This document shows positions 13,770-25,800 of a DNA stretch of 64,000 nt, in pieces. The position numbers and the translations under genes were made by a program. Positions within the stretch are counted from its first letter, which is position 1; each line of letters starts with the position of its first letter. The notes below the pieces were generated by a model that saw nothing but the letters and a program-made list of their open reading frames with translations, ran no database searches and was not told where the DNA came from. The DNA is from Neoechinorhynchus agilis (taxonomy: Eukaryota; Animalia; Acanthocephala): assembly GCA_051530055.1 (NCBI GenBank), contig CM121341.1, forward strand, positions 18,764,784 to 18,828,783. The letters are read 5' to 3'.

Positions 13770-16700
13770 ATGAACACGGACACCCTCCTGGCGACAGGTC
13801 GATCAGGAGGTTTTAAGATCACTTTCGCCGCTAACCCAACCATGATTATATACGCAAAACAAGCTCAACATTATGCTATGGCGTTGGGAAGTTTCCAAGG
13901 GTTCGAAGCGCAAGGAAAGTGCCAAGACGCAAGCAGATTAGTCCAGAGTACCAGAACGGGAGAGCGAAGGCTAACGAAAACATGACTAAGACCGATTAAA
14001 GGGTTCGAATCGCAACGCTAAACGTAGGTATTTTAACTGGAAAGACTGGGGAGATCGCAAGGATGCTGAGAAGGTGAAGCATAGATGTTTGCGCGTTACA
14101 AGAAATTAAGTGGAAAGGGGCCAAAGCCTATAACATGGAGTGTGAAAAGAGAATTAGCGGCTATAAGCCTCTATATAACGGTAAGACATGGGCCTGCAAC
14201 GATTGGGTATCGGCATCTCTGAGAGATTCCGTGATGCCATAAAGGATGCCGAGAGATAAGATGACATACTGATGAAGATCACCATAGTAAGAGCCGAACG
14301 AACCATCCATATGTTTTCGGTCCACGCGCCCCAGAGTGCAAGAGATGAACATGAGAAGGATGCATTCTGGGAGATGTTGGACTCGTGGCTATAAACCTCT
14401 ATATAACGGCAAGACACGGACCTGCAACGGTGTGGGTATCGGCATCTCTGAGAGATTCCGTGATGCCACAAAGGATGCCGAGAGATAAGATGACATACTG
14501 ATGAAGATCACCATAGTAAGAGCCGAACGAACCATCCATATATGTTTTCGGTCAACGCGCCCCAGAGTGCAAGAGATGAACATGAGAAGGATGCATTCTG
14601 GGAGATGTTGGACTCGTGGCTATAAACCTCTATATAACGGTAAGACACGGACCTGCAACGCAAGACACGGACCTGCAGCGGTGTGGGTATCGGCATCTCT
14701 GAGAGATTCCGTGATGCCATAAAAGGATGCCGAGAGATAAGATGACATACTGATGAAGATCACCATAGTAAGAGCCGAACGAACCATCCATATGTTTTCG
14801 GTCAACGCGCCCCAGAGTGCAAGAGATGAACATGAGAAGGATGCATTCTGGGAGATGTTGGACTCGTGGCTATAAACCTCTATATAACGGTAAGACACGG
14901 ACCTGCAACGGTGTGGGTATCGGCATCTCTGAGAGATTCCGTGATGCCATAAAGGATGCCGAGAGATAAGATGACATACTGATGAAGATCACCATAGTAA
15001 GTGCCGAACGAACCATCCATATGTTTTCGGTCCACGCGCCCCAGAGTGCAAGAGATGAACATGAGAAGGATGCATTCTGGGAGATGTTGGACTCGCGGCT
15101 ATAAACCTCTATATAACGGCAAGACACGGACCTGCAACGGTGTGGGTATCGGGATCTCTGAGAGATTCCGTGATGCCATAAAGGATGCCGAGAGATAAGA
15201 TGACATACTGATGAAGATCACCATAGTAAGTGCCGAACGAACCATCCATATGTTTTCGGTCTACGCGCCCCAGAGTGCAAGAGATGAACATGAGAAGGAT
15301 GCATTGTGGGAGATGTTGGACTCGCGGCTATAAACAACCTCTCTATAACGGCAAGACACGGACTTGCAACGGTGTGGGTATCGGCATCTCTGAGAGATTC
15401 CGTGATGCCATAAAGGATACCGAGAGATAAGATGACATACTGATGAAGATCACCATAGTAAGAGCCGAACGAACCATCCATATGTTTTCGGTCCACGCGC
15501 CCCAGAGTGCAAGGGATGAACATGAGAAGGATGCATTCTGGGAGATGTTGGACTCGTGGCTATAAACCTCTATATAACGGCAAGACACGGACTTGCAACG
15601 GTGTGGGTATCGGCATCTCTGAGAGATTCCGTGATGCCATAAAGGATACCGAGAGATAAGATGACATACTGATGAAGATCACCATAGTAAGAGCCGAACG
15701 AACCATCCATATGTTTTCGGTCCACGCGCCCCAGAGTGCAAGAGATGAACATGAGAAGGATGCATTCTGGGAGATGTTGGACTCGTGGCTATAAACCTCT
15801 ATATAACGGCAAGACACGGACCTGCAACGGTGTAGGTATCGGCATCTCTGAGAGATTCCGTGATGCCATAAAGGATGCCGAGAGATAAGATGACATACTG
15901 ATGAAGATCACATAGTAAGAGCCGAACGAACCATCCATATGTTTTCGGTCCACGCGCCCCAGTGTGCAAGAGATGAACAAAGGATGCATTCTGGGAGATG
16001 TTGGACTCGTGGCTATAAACCTCTATATAACGGCAAGACACGGACTTGCAACGGTAGATGCTCGGCATCTCTGAGAGATTCCAGTGATGCCATAAAGGAT
16101 ACCGAGAGATAAGATGACATACTGATGAAGATCACCATAGTAAGAGCCGAACGAACCATCCATATTTTTTGGTCCACGCGCCCCAGAGTGCAAGAGATGA
16201 ACATGAGAAGGATGCATTCTGGGAGATGTTGGACTCGTGGCTATAAACCTCTAAATAGCGGCAAGACACGGACCTGCAACGGTGATGGTATCGGGATCTC
16301 TGAGAGATTCCGTGATGCCATAAAGGATGCCGAGAGATAAGATGACATACTGATGAAGATCACCATAGTAAGTGCCGAACGAACCATCCATATGTTTTCG
16401 GTCCACGCGCCCCAGAGTGCAAGAGATGAACATGAGAAGGATGCATTCTGGGAGATGTTGGACTCGTGGCTATAAACCTCTATATAACGGCAAGACACGG
16501 ACCTGCAACGGTGTGGGTATCGGCATCTCTGAGAGATTCCGTGATGCCATAAAGGATACCGAGAGATAAGATGACATACTGATGAAGATCACCATAGTAA
16601 GTGCCGAACGAACCATCCATATGTTTTCGGTCCACGCGCCCCAGAGTGCAAGAGATGAACATGAGAAGGATGCATTCTGGGAGATGTTGGACTCGTGGCT

Positions 16701-17825
16701 ATAAACCTCTAAATAGCGGCAAGACACGGACCTGCAACGGTGATGGTATCGGGATCTCTGAGAGATTCCGTGATGCCATAAAGGATGCCGAGAGATAAGA
16801 TGACATACTGATGAAGATCACCATAGTAAGTGCCGAACGAACCATCCATATGTTTTCGGTCCACGCGCCCCAGAGTGCAAGAGATGAACATGAGAAGGAT
16901 GCATTCTGGGAGATGTTGGACTCGTGGCTATAAACCTCTATATAACGGCAAGACACGGACCTGCAACGGTGTGGGTATCGGCATCTCTGAGAGATTCCGT
17001 GATGCCATAAAGGATGCCGAGAGATAAGATGACATACTGATGAAGATCACCATAGTAAGAGCCGAACGAACCATCACGCATGTTTTTTCTGTCAGCGCGC
17101 CCCAGAGTGCAAGAGATGAACATGAGAAGGATGCATTGTGGGAGATGTTGGACTCGCGGCTATAAACCTCTATATAACGGCAAGACACGGACCTGCAACG
17201 GTGTGGGTATCGGCATCTCTGAGAGATTCCGTGATGCCATAAAGGATGCCGAGAGATAAGATGACATACTGATGAAGATCACCATAGTAAGAGCCGAACG
17301 AACCATCCATATGTTTTCGGTCCACGCGCCCCAGAGTGCAAGAGATGAACATGAGAAGGATGCCTCACCAAACTCGGTAAGCGATACATTGACCACTGCT
17401 GCGCATGGATCTGGACGGATAAACAAAGGTGCATGAGAGAAAAATGAAAAATACCATGCGTTTCTCCGCTTCAAAACACACGCTAACTAGCAGAAATACA
17501 AAGAAGCCAAGCGTAGTGCAAAGAAGGCGAATGCTGCCGCAAGATCTGTTCACTACGATAAAACCATTCGCAACCTGGAACATCGAGGCGAAGATCGAAC
17601 ACTCTTCGGACTGATGAAATTGAGGCATCTGCAGACACAAGACGTTGAAAAATTTCACTGCGTCGATGAGAAAATGGTAACATAATCGTGAAGCAGCAAG
17701 AAGTACGACAAAGACGATACCGCTATTTCAAGGAAATTTCGACCGAGGAGTTTCCGCACCCACCAATTGAGTCGGCACCACCAATCGACGGATCTATTCT
17801 ATGCATCGATACAGTTGAAGTTACT
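13770..17825 (+). mobile_element. Decayed RTE-clade non-LTR retrotransposon whose endonuclease region is expanded into a tandem array
   Basis: ATLNVGILTGKTGEIARML..IDVCALQEIKWKG at about 14010-14125 is the RTE APE start. After the array, YFKEISTEEFPHPPIESAPP is the RTE linker. The 5' boundary is approximate. Confidence 0.85.
14161..17363 (+). repeat. 229-bp tandem repeat (satellite), 13 full copies plus one partial copy
   Basis: Units start at 14161, 14389, 14620, 14870, 15099, 15328, 15560, 15789, 16013, 16241, 16470, 16699, 16928 and 17160. The unit encodes GYKPLYNGKTRTCNGVGIGISERFRDAIKDAER, part of an RTE endonuclease. Confidence 0.97.
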
Positions 17826-18895
17826 GTTGGTGGGCTAGTATGGATAAGGACGTTCAAGAACATGTACCTTGTTGTTTCGAATGCCAAACACAATGGCCAA
17901 ATTCTCAAGGAAAACTATTATTTCCATCGGATACGCCATCGGGACCGTGGAAGAGAATTTATGTAGACTTTGCCGGTCCTATGAATGGAATGTATTTTCT
18001 GGTAACGACAGGCGCATCTGCGAAGCGACCAGAGATGTTTCTAAAGCCAAGTTTCACTTCAAAAAATACTACCATTTGTTGACAGTTGCAACCTTATTAA
18101 CCCCCCCGATGACTGATTTATTTGTACGAATTTTCGTCTGCATGCAGACCTCTTCAGGTATCTGGAATAGTACATGGTCCCGAGTTCTGCCCAAACTACA
18201 CTCACCATGTACTGTTCTTGATACCTGAAGAGGTCTGCATGCAGACGAAAATTCGTACGAATAAATCAGTCATCCGGGAGGTTAATAAGGTTGCAACTAT
18301 CAATAAATTGGAATTCCCCCCGATTGAAATCAAAGACACACTACCATTTGTTTGCGAGAAGCATTTGAAAACTTTAGATTTACTGAAAGAATTGCGCCGG
18401 ATAAAGGATCTCAATTTATCTCGAACAAATTCGAAATCTCTTGCAAAACGAATGGAATCACACATTGCCGAAGTTGAATCTATCATCTAAATACAAACGG
18501 ACTAGCAGAAAGATTTGTGGCAACTCAATAAAGGTTAGCAATGCCGGAGCGCGCCAGTCTACAAAAATGTCTAGATTTGACATAGGAATACAGCGCAAAC
18601 GCTTACAAAGAAATGGTCAGCTGAAATGATGAATGGTCGACGAATTCCAAAGTTAATGGATAACATAAGACTGAACCTTGGACGAACAGCTCAGAGCAAA
18701 CAAATGCTACAAAAACAGGCTCATGACAAGAGCCGTGCAACACTCAAGTGTTTCACGAGAGACGATAAAGTATGGATAGATCATGGCGTCACTTAAGAAT
18801 GGAAAGAGGGAGTAATAAGTGAGCAAAACGCGCCATTTTCGTATGTAGTGGAGACAAATGAAGATGATTGGAAGGAATACACGGAGGTCATATCT
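17826..18895 (+). mobile_element. Ty3/Gypsy integrase remnant
   Basis: MDKDVQEHVPCCFECQ...PSGPWKRIYVDFAGPMNG...; continues LREAFENFRFTERIAPDKGSQF once the 272-bp insert is removed. Confidence 0.85.
18081..18352. mobile_element. Fold-back (palindromic) insertion with a 13-bp target-site duplication
   Basis: Inverted arms at about 18072-18178 and 18204-18311; actaccatttgtt repeated at 18068-18080 and 18340-18352. Confidence 0.75.
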
Positions 18896-19195
18896 TAAGT
18901 TTTACTGGCAAGCCGGTATTGTTATCATCATTAAATTTTAGTCTATCCCTTTCTTGTCCGGCTTATTTTTTAGGCATAAAGCCAAACCAATTACATCAGA
19001 GAAGTGATATAACCACATGGTCTCTAATGCACGGTTAAGAGTTTGTACATTCCTTCGGATCCTCAGATACCTCCAGGAGGCGGGACTCATCAGTGAGTTT
19101 CCTCCCTTCAGCGGTATTTCGTCCCCCTGGCTGTGCGTCATTGGTGGTAACGGATTCGAACCACTTGACCCCTAATCGGGATTCCACTTCCTCAG
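18896..19195 (-). mobile_element. Copy 2 (best preserved) of the tRNA-related SINE-like repeat carrying a rearranged hammerhead
   Basis: B box GGTTCGAATCC (plus 19152-19162), then the hammerhead core at 19062-19127, then an approximately 165-nt tail shared with 6462-6600 and 63780-63990. Confidence 0.8.
19062..19127 (-). ncRNA. Candidate non-circularly permuted hammerhead ribozyme with an intact core
   Basis: GGGAC-GAA-AUACC-linker-CUCA-CUGAUGA-GUCCC-linker-GGUAU-C-UGAG. Stem II GUCCC/GGGAC, stem III AUACC/GGUAU, stem I UGAG/CUCA, AUC cleavage triplet. Confidence 0.7.
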
Positions 19196-22100
19196 ATCAC
19201 TTCATCATAATGGGCGATTTTAACAAACTGTCGATCCCGCCCTCGCTCTCTCATCTCTCCCAACTCGTTACTTTCCCTACACGCTTCTCCTCCCGCCTTG
19301 ATAAAATTTTCTCAAGCATCAGGCAATACTCGGGCTCTACCAAACTTCCCCCGATCGCTCCGTCTGACCATTGTTCCATCCTCCTCTCTCCCACATCACC
19401 TCAAAAACGTTTCTTTTCCGACCCCTACGATTTCTGGGATAAACGTGATCATCATACCCAATCCTTTGCTGTATGTGTCAATTCTCTTATCACGCAAAAC
19501 CGCTCTACCATCTTTGGCACCGACCCCTCGATTGCAATGGGCTCTTTGTTAAATCTAGTAGATTCTGCGACGAAGGCCTCCTTTCCTAGCAAAACAATAC
19601 GAATCTCGAACCGCGACCCTCCATGGTTCTCGCCTTTTCTAAAAACCCTACAAATCCAGGTCACCAAAGTTTTCCGGTCAGGTAATTCTGCTTACCCCTG
19701 CCTCCACTCCACACTGACAAAACGCATACGAAGAGCCCGCAAATTATTCCTCTCATCTCGTCTCTCGTCCGTTCCCAATCGAAACTGGTGACGTGAAATA
19801 AAAAATGTCACTGGTCTTGGTAGATCCACCTCATTCGCATCTCTCCCCAAATCTGATCTCCTCTCAATCCTTAACTCCATGAATAAAAACCTCTGTCCTC
19901 CCAAACCTCCCATCCATTGTCCCAACCTCCCTAGTTCTAGGCCAGCTGTTTAACGCTGATCGGATCCCCGCGCAAGAAGCGAGCGTACCCGTTTGGATAC
20001 GTCGAACAAACGCGGAGCATAGCTATCGCTGCCCACAGTACGCAACACCAAGTTCCGTCCTCGAAATCGACTCTTTCGCAAGAGCAAATAACTGAGACAG
20101 ATCCAAGAGTCGACAACATACCGCTTCTCGCGACAGCCCGGCTAGCTCAGCTCGTAGAGCCATTCCTTTTTCCGAAGTTACGGATCTAATTTACCGACTT
20201 CCCTTGCCTACGTTTCCCTATCGACTAGAGGCTACTCACCTTGGAGACCTGCTGCGGAAATCAGTACGAACAGGTACGGTCTGAATATTCTCGCACCCAG
20301 ATTTTCAAGGACAATACGAAGCGCTCGGTACATCGCAGGAATTGCGCTGCATTACGGAACGTGTACCCTATCAACAGACGATCTAATTCCAGGGATAAAG
20401 TTCCTAACAAAGAAGAGAAAACTCTTCCCCAGACTTCGTATAGTTATTCTCTGGGATTGCTCGTGTCACCACTTATGCTGAACATCATCTGCCCAAGAAG
20501 AACATCTGAATAGATCAAGCATAAACCGCATCCTGGCTCGGGAATATTAACCCGATTCCCTTTCCATTGTATTGCGCAATGCAACACGCTTAATCACGAA
20601 TTTGCACGTTTTCTTAGGATCGGCTGATCCATGTCCAAATGTTGTTCACATGGAACCTTTCTCCACTTCAGTCTTCAATGCTCTCATTTGAATACTTGCT
20701 ACTACCACCAAGATCTGCACTAGCGGCGGCTTCACTCCACCTCACGGTGCAAGTTTCAACACCACCGCATACGCCCTTCTACACGTCAAGCCATTTGTAC
20801 ATTTGTGTCTGGCATCGACGGTCAAGCATGGATATACGTCTCCAGTCCCGAAATCCTGGAGATTCTTAAACGCCTGCCCCGGCATTCTTCCCCAAATTCG
20901 ACTATCCCAAATTGGGTCATTCGTTTATTCATCCCGGAACTTATCGATCCTCTAACGCACATAACGAATCTTAGCTTTATATTCTGCTCTTTCCCATCGT
21001 GTCTTAAGGAAGCCCGTGTCGTTCCCCTACCCAAAAACGATAAGCCGATTTCCCCCACATCCTTTCGTACCATCTCTATCCTCTCACCCTTCTCTAAAAT
21101 CTTAGAAGAAATGTTTTAAACCCGCCTACTTCCCTTCTTCCTCAAAAACATCTCCCCTTCCCAATTCGCATTCCGTCCCAATTACTCTTGTTCGGATGCC
21201 CTTCTCTGCATCTACGATCGTGCAACTAGATATTTCCAGGGCGTTCGAGTCGGTAGATCACTCCCTTGTCCTCCAATCATGTGCTTCCTTTGGCCTCCCA
21301 ACTTGGAAACTCGCTTGGATTTCATCTTTCCTCTCCAACCGCGAACAATATATTCAATGTGGAACTTCTTGCTCCTCTTCTCTACCCATATTTAAAGGGG
21401 TCCCCCAAGGCGCCGTACTTTCCCCTCTCCTCTTTGACATTTTTCTAAATGACCTTCATCCCCTCACTTCCCCTACCAAATATTTTCTCTGTACCGATGA
21501 CCTCACAGTCATTACCATCGCATCTCCCTCTCTCGCCCTCTCCACAACCATGGACGAGCTCAACCATCTCATTTCCTCGCTCTCCACCCTAAACCTCTCC
21601 CTTAATTTATCCAAATCTTTTTAGCTTGTCCCCCACATGTCCAAACGCAATCTTATCTCCGCGCCTCTCCCTCTACCCATCCAACGTTCCTCTTGTCGCC
21701 GAATGCCGGGCCTGACTTTACAAGAAAACCTTAAATGGGATGCCCACATTTCATTGACCCTCTCTAAAGCAAACCCTCGTCTTTACCTTGTCAAACTCCT
21801 CCGGCGTCTCGGCGTATCCCCTAAACACCTTGCCCACTTTTATCTTTCAGCCATCCTTCCTATCCTTACATACGCTTTCCCCACTTTCCTCGCCCTCTCC
21901 GTCAATGCTCTCCATTCCCTAGAGACCTTCCACAAGAGAGCAGCGAGAATATGCGGGACTTTACTCCCTCCCCTCGACGCCCACCTCCACTCCATTTTCT
22001 CCAGAAACGCCCTCCGTCTTCTTCAACCCCTCCACAATTTTCTTCCCTCATCTCTAAATACTCTTCCCTTGTAAACACCCGTAACCCGAACCGTTTTCAT

Positions 22101-22230
22101 CCCCCCCTCGCTCGTACCACCCTCTACCAAAAATCTTTCTTCCCCCAAGCCCAATCTTTCCTTAATAACCGTAGAACAAAGAAAGACTCCCAACCGATCA
22201 TCTCCTGTACCAAGCCTCCGATCGCACATT
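19196..22230 (+). mobile_element. 5'-truncated, decayed L2/CR1-type LINE (APE endonuclease plus RT), split by a 28S rRNA fragment
   Basis: IMGDFNK...PPIAPSDHC (endonuclease); ARVVPLPKN...FRTISILSPFSKILE, QLDISRAFESVDH, GVPQGAVLSPLLF, CTDDL (RT). Confidence 0.9.
19932..20830 (-). rRNA. 28S (LSU) rRNA gene fragment, about 0.9 kb, inserted in a LINE; not a functional rDNA unit
   Basis: Reverse-complement LSU signatures: ccgaagttacggatc...ccgacttccctt, caccttggagacctgctgcgg, gggaatattaacccgattccctttc, gttcacatggaacc, tgctactaccaccaagatctgcac. Confidence 0.93.
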
Positions 22231-22329
22231 AACACCCCTTCAAGAGCAAGTCCCACCTCCCTTGCCTTCAACATCCGCCATCCAGCATCTATCTTTGCTG
22301 AAGGTGTCTGGATGGCATTTTAAAAATGG

Positions 22330-23760
22330 ATAAAGGCTATGGATACTGTGTACTTAACGAGGAATAGTTTATACAAATCGGAGAGCAGGTGTTACAAGGA
22401 GATGAATTTAAGAGACTCGATAGATGCCCTACGATGAAACGAGAAAAGGAACTCAATTGATTTCTTTTGAAATTTAATGCAACAAAAATGTCTTCCTGAA
22501 GACCATTATAAGAGATTGCGATCATCGAATGCAAAAACACCCAGAATGTATATGTTAGCGAAAGTACACAAATCTCCCATAAGAGCACGGCCGATCATAG
22601 TTGCTCACTCTTCGTACAACTACAAACTGTCGAAGTTTCTAGCCGGTCTTCTGAAGCAATTCCTTCCCCCGTCCAACCATTCTGTTTCATCAGGGGTGGT
22701 TCTAATTGATCGACTGAAAAAAGTGAATATCAATGACTCCTGCAAAATGGTATCTGCGGATGTCATATCGTTGTTCACGAAGGTTCCAGTTGAAGAGGTG
22801 ATTGAACCAGCCATTCCACTGTTGAAGAATTGCAAAGAATGGAAGCTGTCTAACAACGGGTGGCGTCAATTACTGCTTTTCTGCACTAAGTTCTCAAACT
22901 TCGAATTCGAAGGCACGAATTTCGATCAAGTAGATGGACTTGCGATGGGTAGCCCCCTTTCCCCAGTATTAGCAGAACTCTATATGGGGTACTGGGAGGA
23001 AACGCATCTGTCGAAATTGAAGGGAGTTGAACTATGGGTTAGATATGTCGACGACACGTTCATTATCCTCAACACCAACCTCTCTACTATATCAGAGTTG
23101 AACATAGCTTAACGGGATGAACCAGCACATCAGATGGACATGCGAAGAGGAGATCGAAAGGAGTTTACCCTTCCTCGACGTGATGATCAATAGAAATTTG
23201 GATGGTGGTTTCACAACTGCAGTGTATCGAAAAGATAATGTTCCACATAACGTCGTTCCTTGGATATCAGCACAACTGACGAAATATAAAATCTCCAGAG
23301 TGAGGTCCATGTTCTTGAGAGCATTCAGATATTGCTCGAATGAAGATGTTCTTAAGAATGAGCTTGACACAATTTGGAAATTGCTGAAAATTGGTGGTTA
23401 TCCGAGGGATCTGATTGCAAAAACGATGAGAAATACTCGACGGGCCATCAGCAAGTTGACCGATCTCAACTCAGCATTAGTTCATCATGTTAAAAAAACA
23501 AACATCGAATTGATCTTGATGCCACTGAAATAATGGCGAGATGCGACAACAAGCGTGACAGAATCACAATGGAGGCCATCATGATTGAACACGACAACAA
23601 GTTCACGCATAACAAAGCTGACTAAACCCTTAATTTACGTGTACCCTTTAACGCTGTGGTGAAAGGGTGGAAACTCAATCCAGACTAATTGCATGTGTGT
23701 TTCAGATCACTGAAGAAGACCAACGCATTGGTCGAAAATTCTGATTAATATATTCATAAT
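22330..23760 (+). mobile_element. Penelope-like element RT remnant
   Basis: PRMYMLAKVHK..ARPII, SADVISLFTKVP, QVDGLAMGSPLSPVLAELYM, WVRYVDDTF, SLPFLDVMI and FTTAVYRK are typical PLE RT motifs. Confidence 0.9.
23705..23746 (+). ncRNA. Minimal type I hammerhead of the Penelope-associated kind
   Basis: GATCA CTGAAGA A GACCAA cgca TTGGTC GAA AATT C TGATT: 6-bp stem II, palindromic AATT stem III, and ATCA/TGAT stem I, at the 3' end of the PLE remnant. Confidence 0.6.
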
Positions 23761-23829
23761 TTTTTCCTTCAGCTCACCATCATAATTAATTCCTAAGTGA
23801 ATATCTACATACATTCACAAACTATATCT

Positions 23830-24650
23830 GAACTTTTCTAAATGCTTCGGGAGGATCTCCTAACCCTCCCGCAACCCCATATATCACCCCCATCTTTCAA
23901 ATCACATCCGACGAGTCACATCCCTCAGAATTCAGGAACTCCAACTTCAATAAAATATGAAATGGGACTCACACATTACATTTTCCCTCAAACACAATTC
24001 CTTTAAACTTTACCTCCTCAAATGCTTCCGCTATTGAGGATTCCCTTCGCAAGCTCCCTCCAAGTCTTACTACAACTTTATTTTCCCCTCACCTACGGCT
24101 ATCCCGTCTTTTGCAACCTGCCTAAATCACATACCAATCGCCTTGAAGCGTTTCATAGAAGAGCCTCTAAAATTTGCAGAGCTGATTTTGCCCCGCTCGC
24201 CAAATGCCTCTATAAAATTTTCATGAAACAATCAAAACGCCTCCCAACCCTGCCGCCAAAATTTTTACCACATTTTATTCCCCTTTTCACATGAGCACAA
24301 CACTCGTAATCCCAATTCATTTCATCCACTTATACCTCGCACCTCCTTCTACCTCACCTCCTCTTTCCATACTGCTTAATCTTCTTGGATATCATAACCC
24401 ATAATGAACCTGAGGAAAGACTTAACCTCAAAAGCACGAATGCAAACAATAATCGCCAATCCCCGCAAGAATGGACTCCCAATCCGACTGGATATTCCCA
24501 CCCGACCGAGCCCGCAATCCACTCCAAAATCGACAACCGCATTCATTTAACAAATCAGAACTTGAGCGTCTATGAAGACTCGAAGTCACATGGATCCTAT
24601 TCTTTGTGGATTACCAAATAAACGTGTTGTTATTGGAACAGCCAGCTCAA
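23830..24650 (+). mobile_element. L2/CR1-type LINE 3' fragment plus 3' repeat region
   Basis: TYGYPVFCNLPKSHTNRLEAFHRRASKIC matches 31843-32220. The following 24385-24650 repeat also occurs at about 26920-27150(-), 32380-32610(+) and 32640-32900(-). Confidence 0.75.
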
Positions 24651-25479
24651 TTGTCCATTTAGAAACAAAACTTGAACTAGAATAAGTATCGTAAAATTTA
24701 TAACATTTGATTCATTGATGCACATCGAGCAGAGTATCCAGGATCTTTGTTTGCTCAAATGTTTATAAAACAGTTCGGTTGATGTTCAATAAGATTTATT
24801 GACTGTTTGCTGCTTTGCACAAGGGAATATAGCAAAGCGATTTTCTTTCCTTAGGTATCTACTATCGTTCATCTCATTATGGCCAACAATAAGATCACTA
24901 ACTCAATAATTCAATCCATCGTTATATCTCTTAAGGATGAAATCTGCAATGCACTCAGTATTACTGACTGCTGCAATTTAACTGCCGTCCGGTACTTGAT
25001 AATACCAGCCACCAATAGTATGGTACTCATCATCCGGGTATGTTCATCGGCTTAGATATTTTATAACATGCGTTAATGATAATCAGGTCCGTGCTGATGG
25101 AGGAGATTATCACGACATATCGGTTTCCTTGAACTATGGTGTTGGATTACCTATTAAAGCGACATTTGGGGCTGTGCGGGCCATGAATGTAGAGCCCGAG
25201 TCGAATCTAACGCTTTTTTAAAGAGGTCAAAAGTTCAAGTCTTAGATAGAAGTAGATTTCCTTTAGTTTCATCCATTAAACTCATATCTTAAAGCATGAA
25301 TGTTGGGATTCATCGGTGGAAACGTGAGTTTTAAAATAGCAGCGTTTAAATCTAGTTATTTCAAAGAAGATCACGGTAAGTCTTTTATACAAAATTTCTC
25401 AGTTGCTTGAATCTGACTCGTTATTAAATACACAATTGTTTACTTTTCGCAAAGTGCGAAATGCTCTCTAAATGGCAGA

Positions 25480-25800
25480 TGCGTTTGAAGAGGTAAATTT
25501 TAAAGGTATTGCGTTTAAGGGAAGGTGTAATGTGTGAGTTCAATTTCAGATTCGATTGAAATTGGAGACCCAGAATTTTGAGCGAGGTAACTGGTAGGAT
25601 GTCATTTGGAAGCTCCGAGGAGGTTATGGGGTGCGGGAGATTGACGGGAAATCGTTGATGTGTGTGATTTTGTTAGAGGTTAAGGGGAGGGGGGTGCGAT
25701 GGAAGTCGAAGCGTTCAACATTCAATGTTTCGAAGTATTAATGGTGAGAAGTGCTGGGACCAGACTAAAAGGTAGCGCGGTTTGTGTTCAACAGCTTGCG
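25480..25800 (-). mobile_element. L2/CR1-type LINE RT fragment
   Basis: Near-copy of 5820-5930 (gaaggtaaat...aaggtattgcgt...attggagacccagaatt). Confidence 0.7.

Noticed and set aside
14268-14305. CTGATGA in every satellite unit as a hammerhead core
   Set aside because: No closing stem II followed by GAAA and no stem III or NUH partner. The motif is explained by the RTE codons for ILMK.
14161-17363. CRISPR array or protein-coding repeat gene
   Set aside because: There are no unique spacers, the 229-bp period breaks frame, and the many 60-105 aa ORFs are just translations of the RTE-derived unit. The context is eukaryotic with no cas genes.
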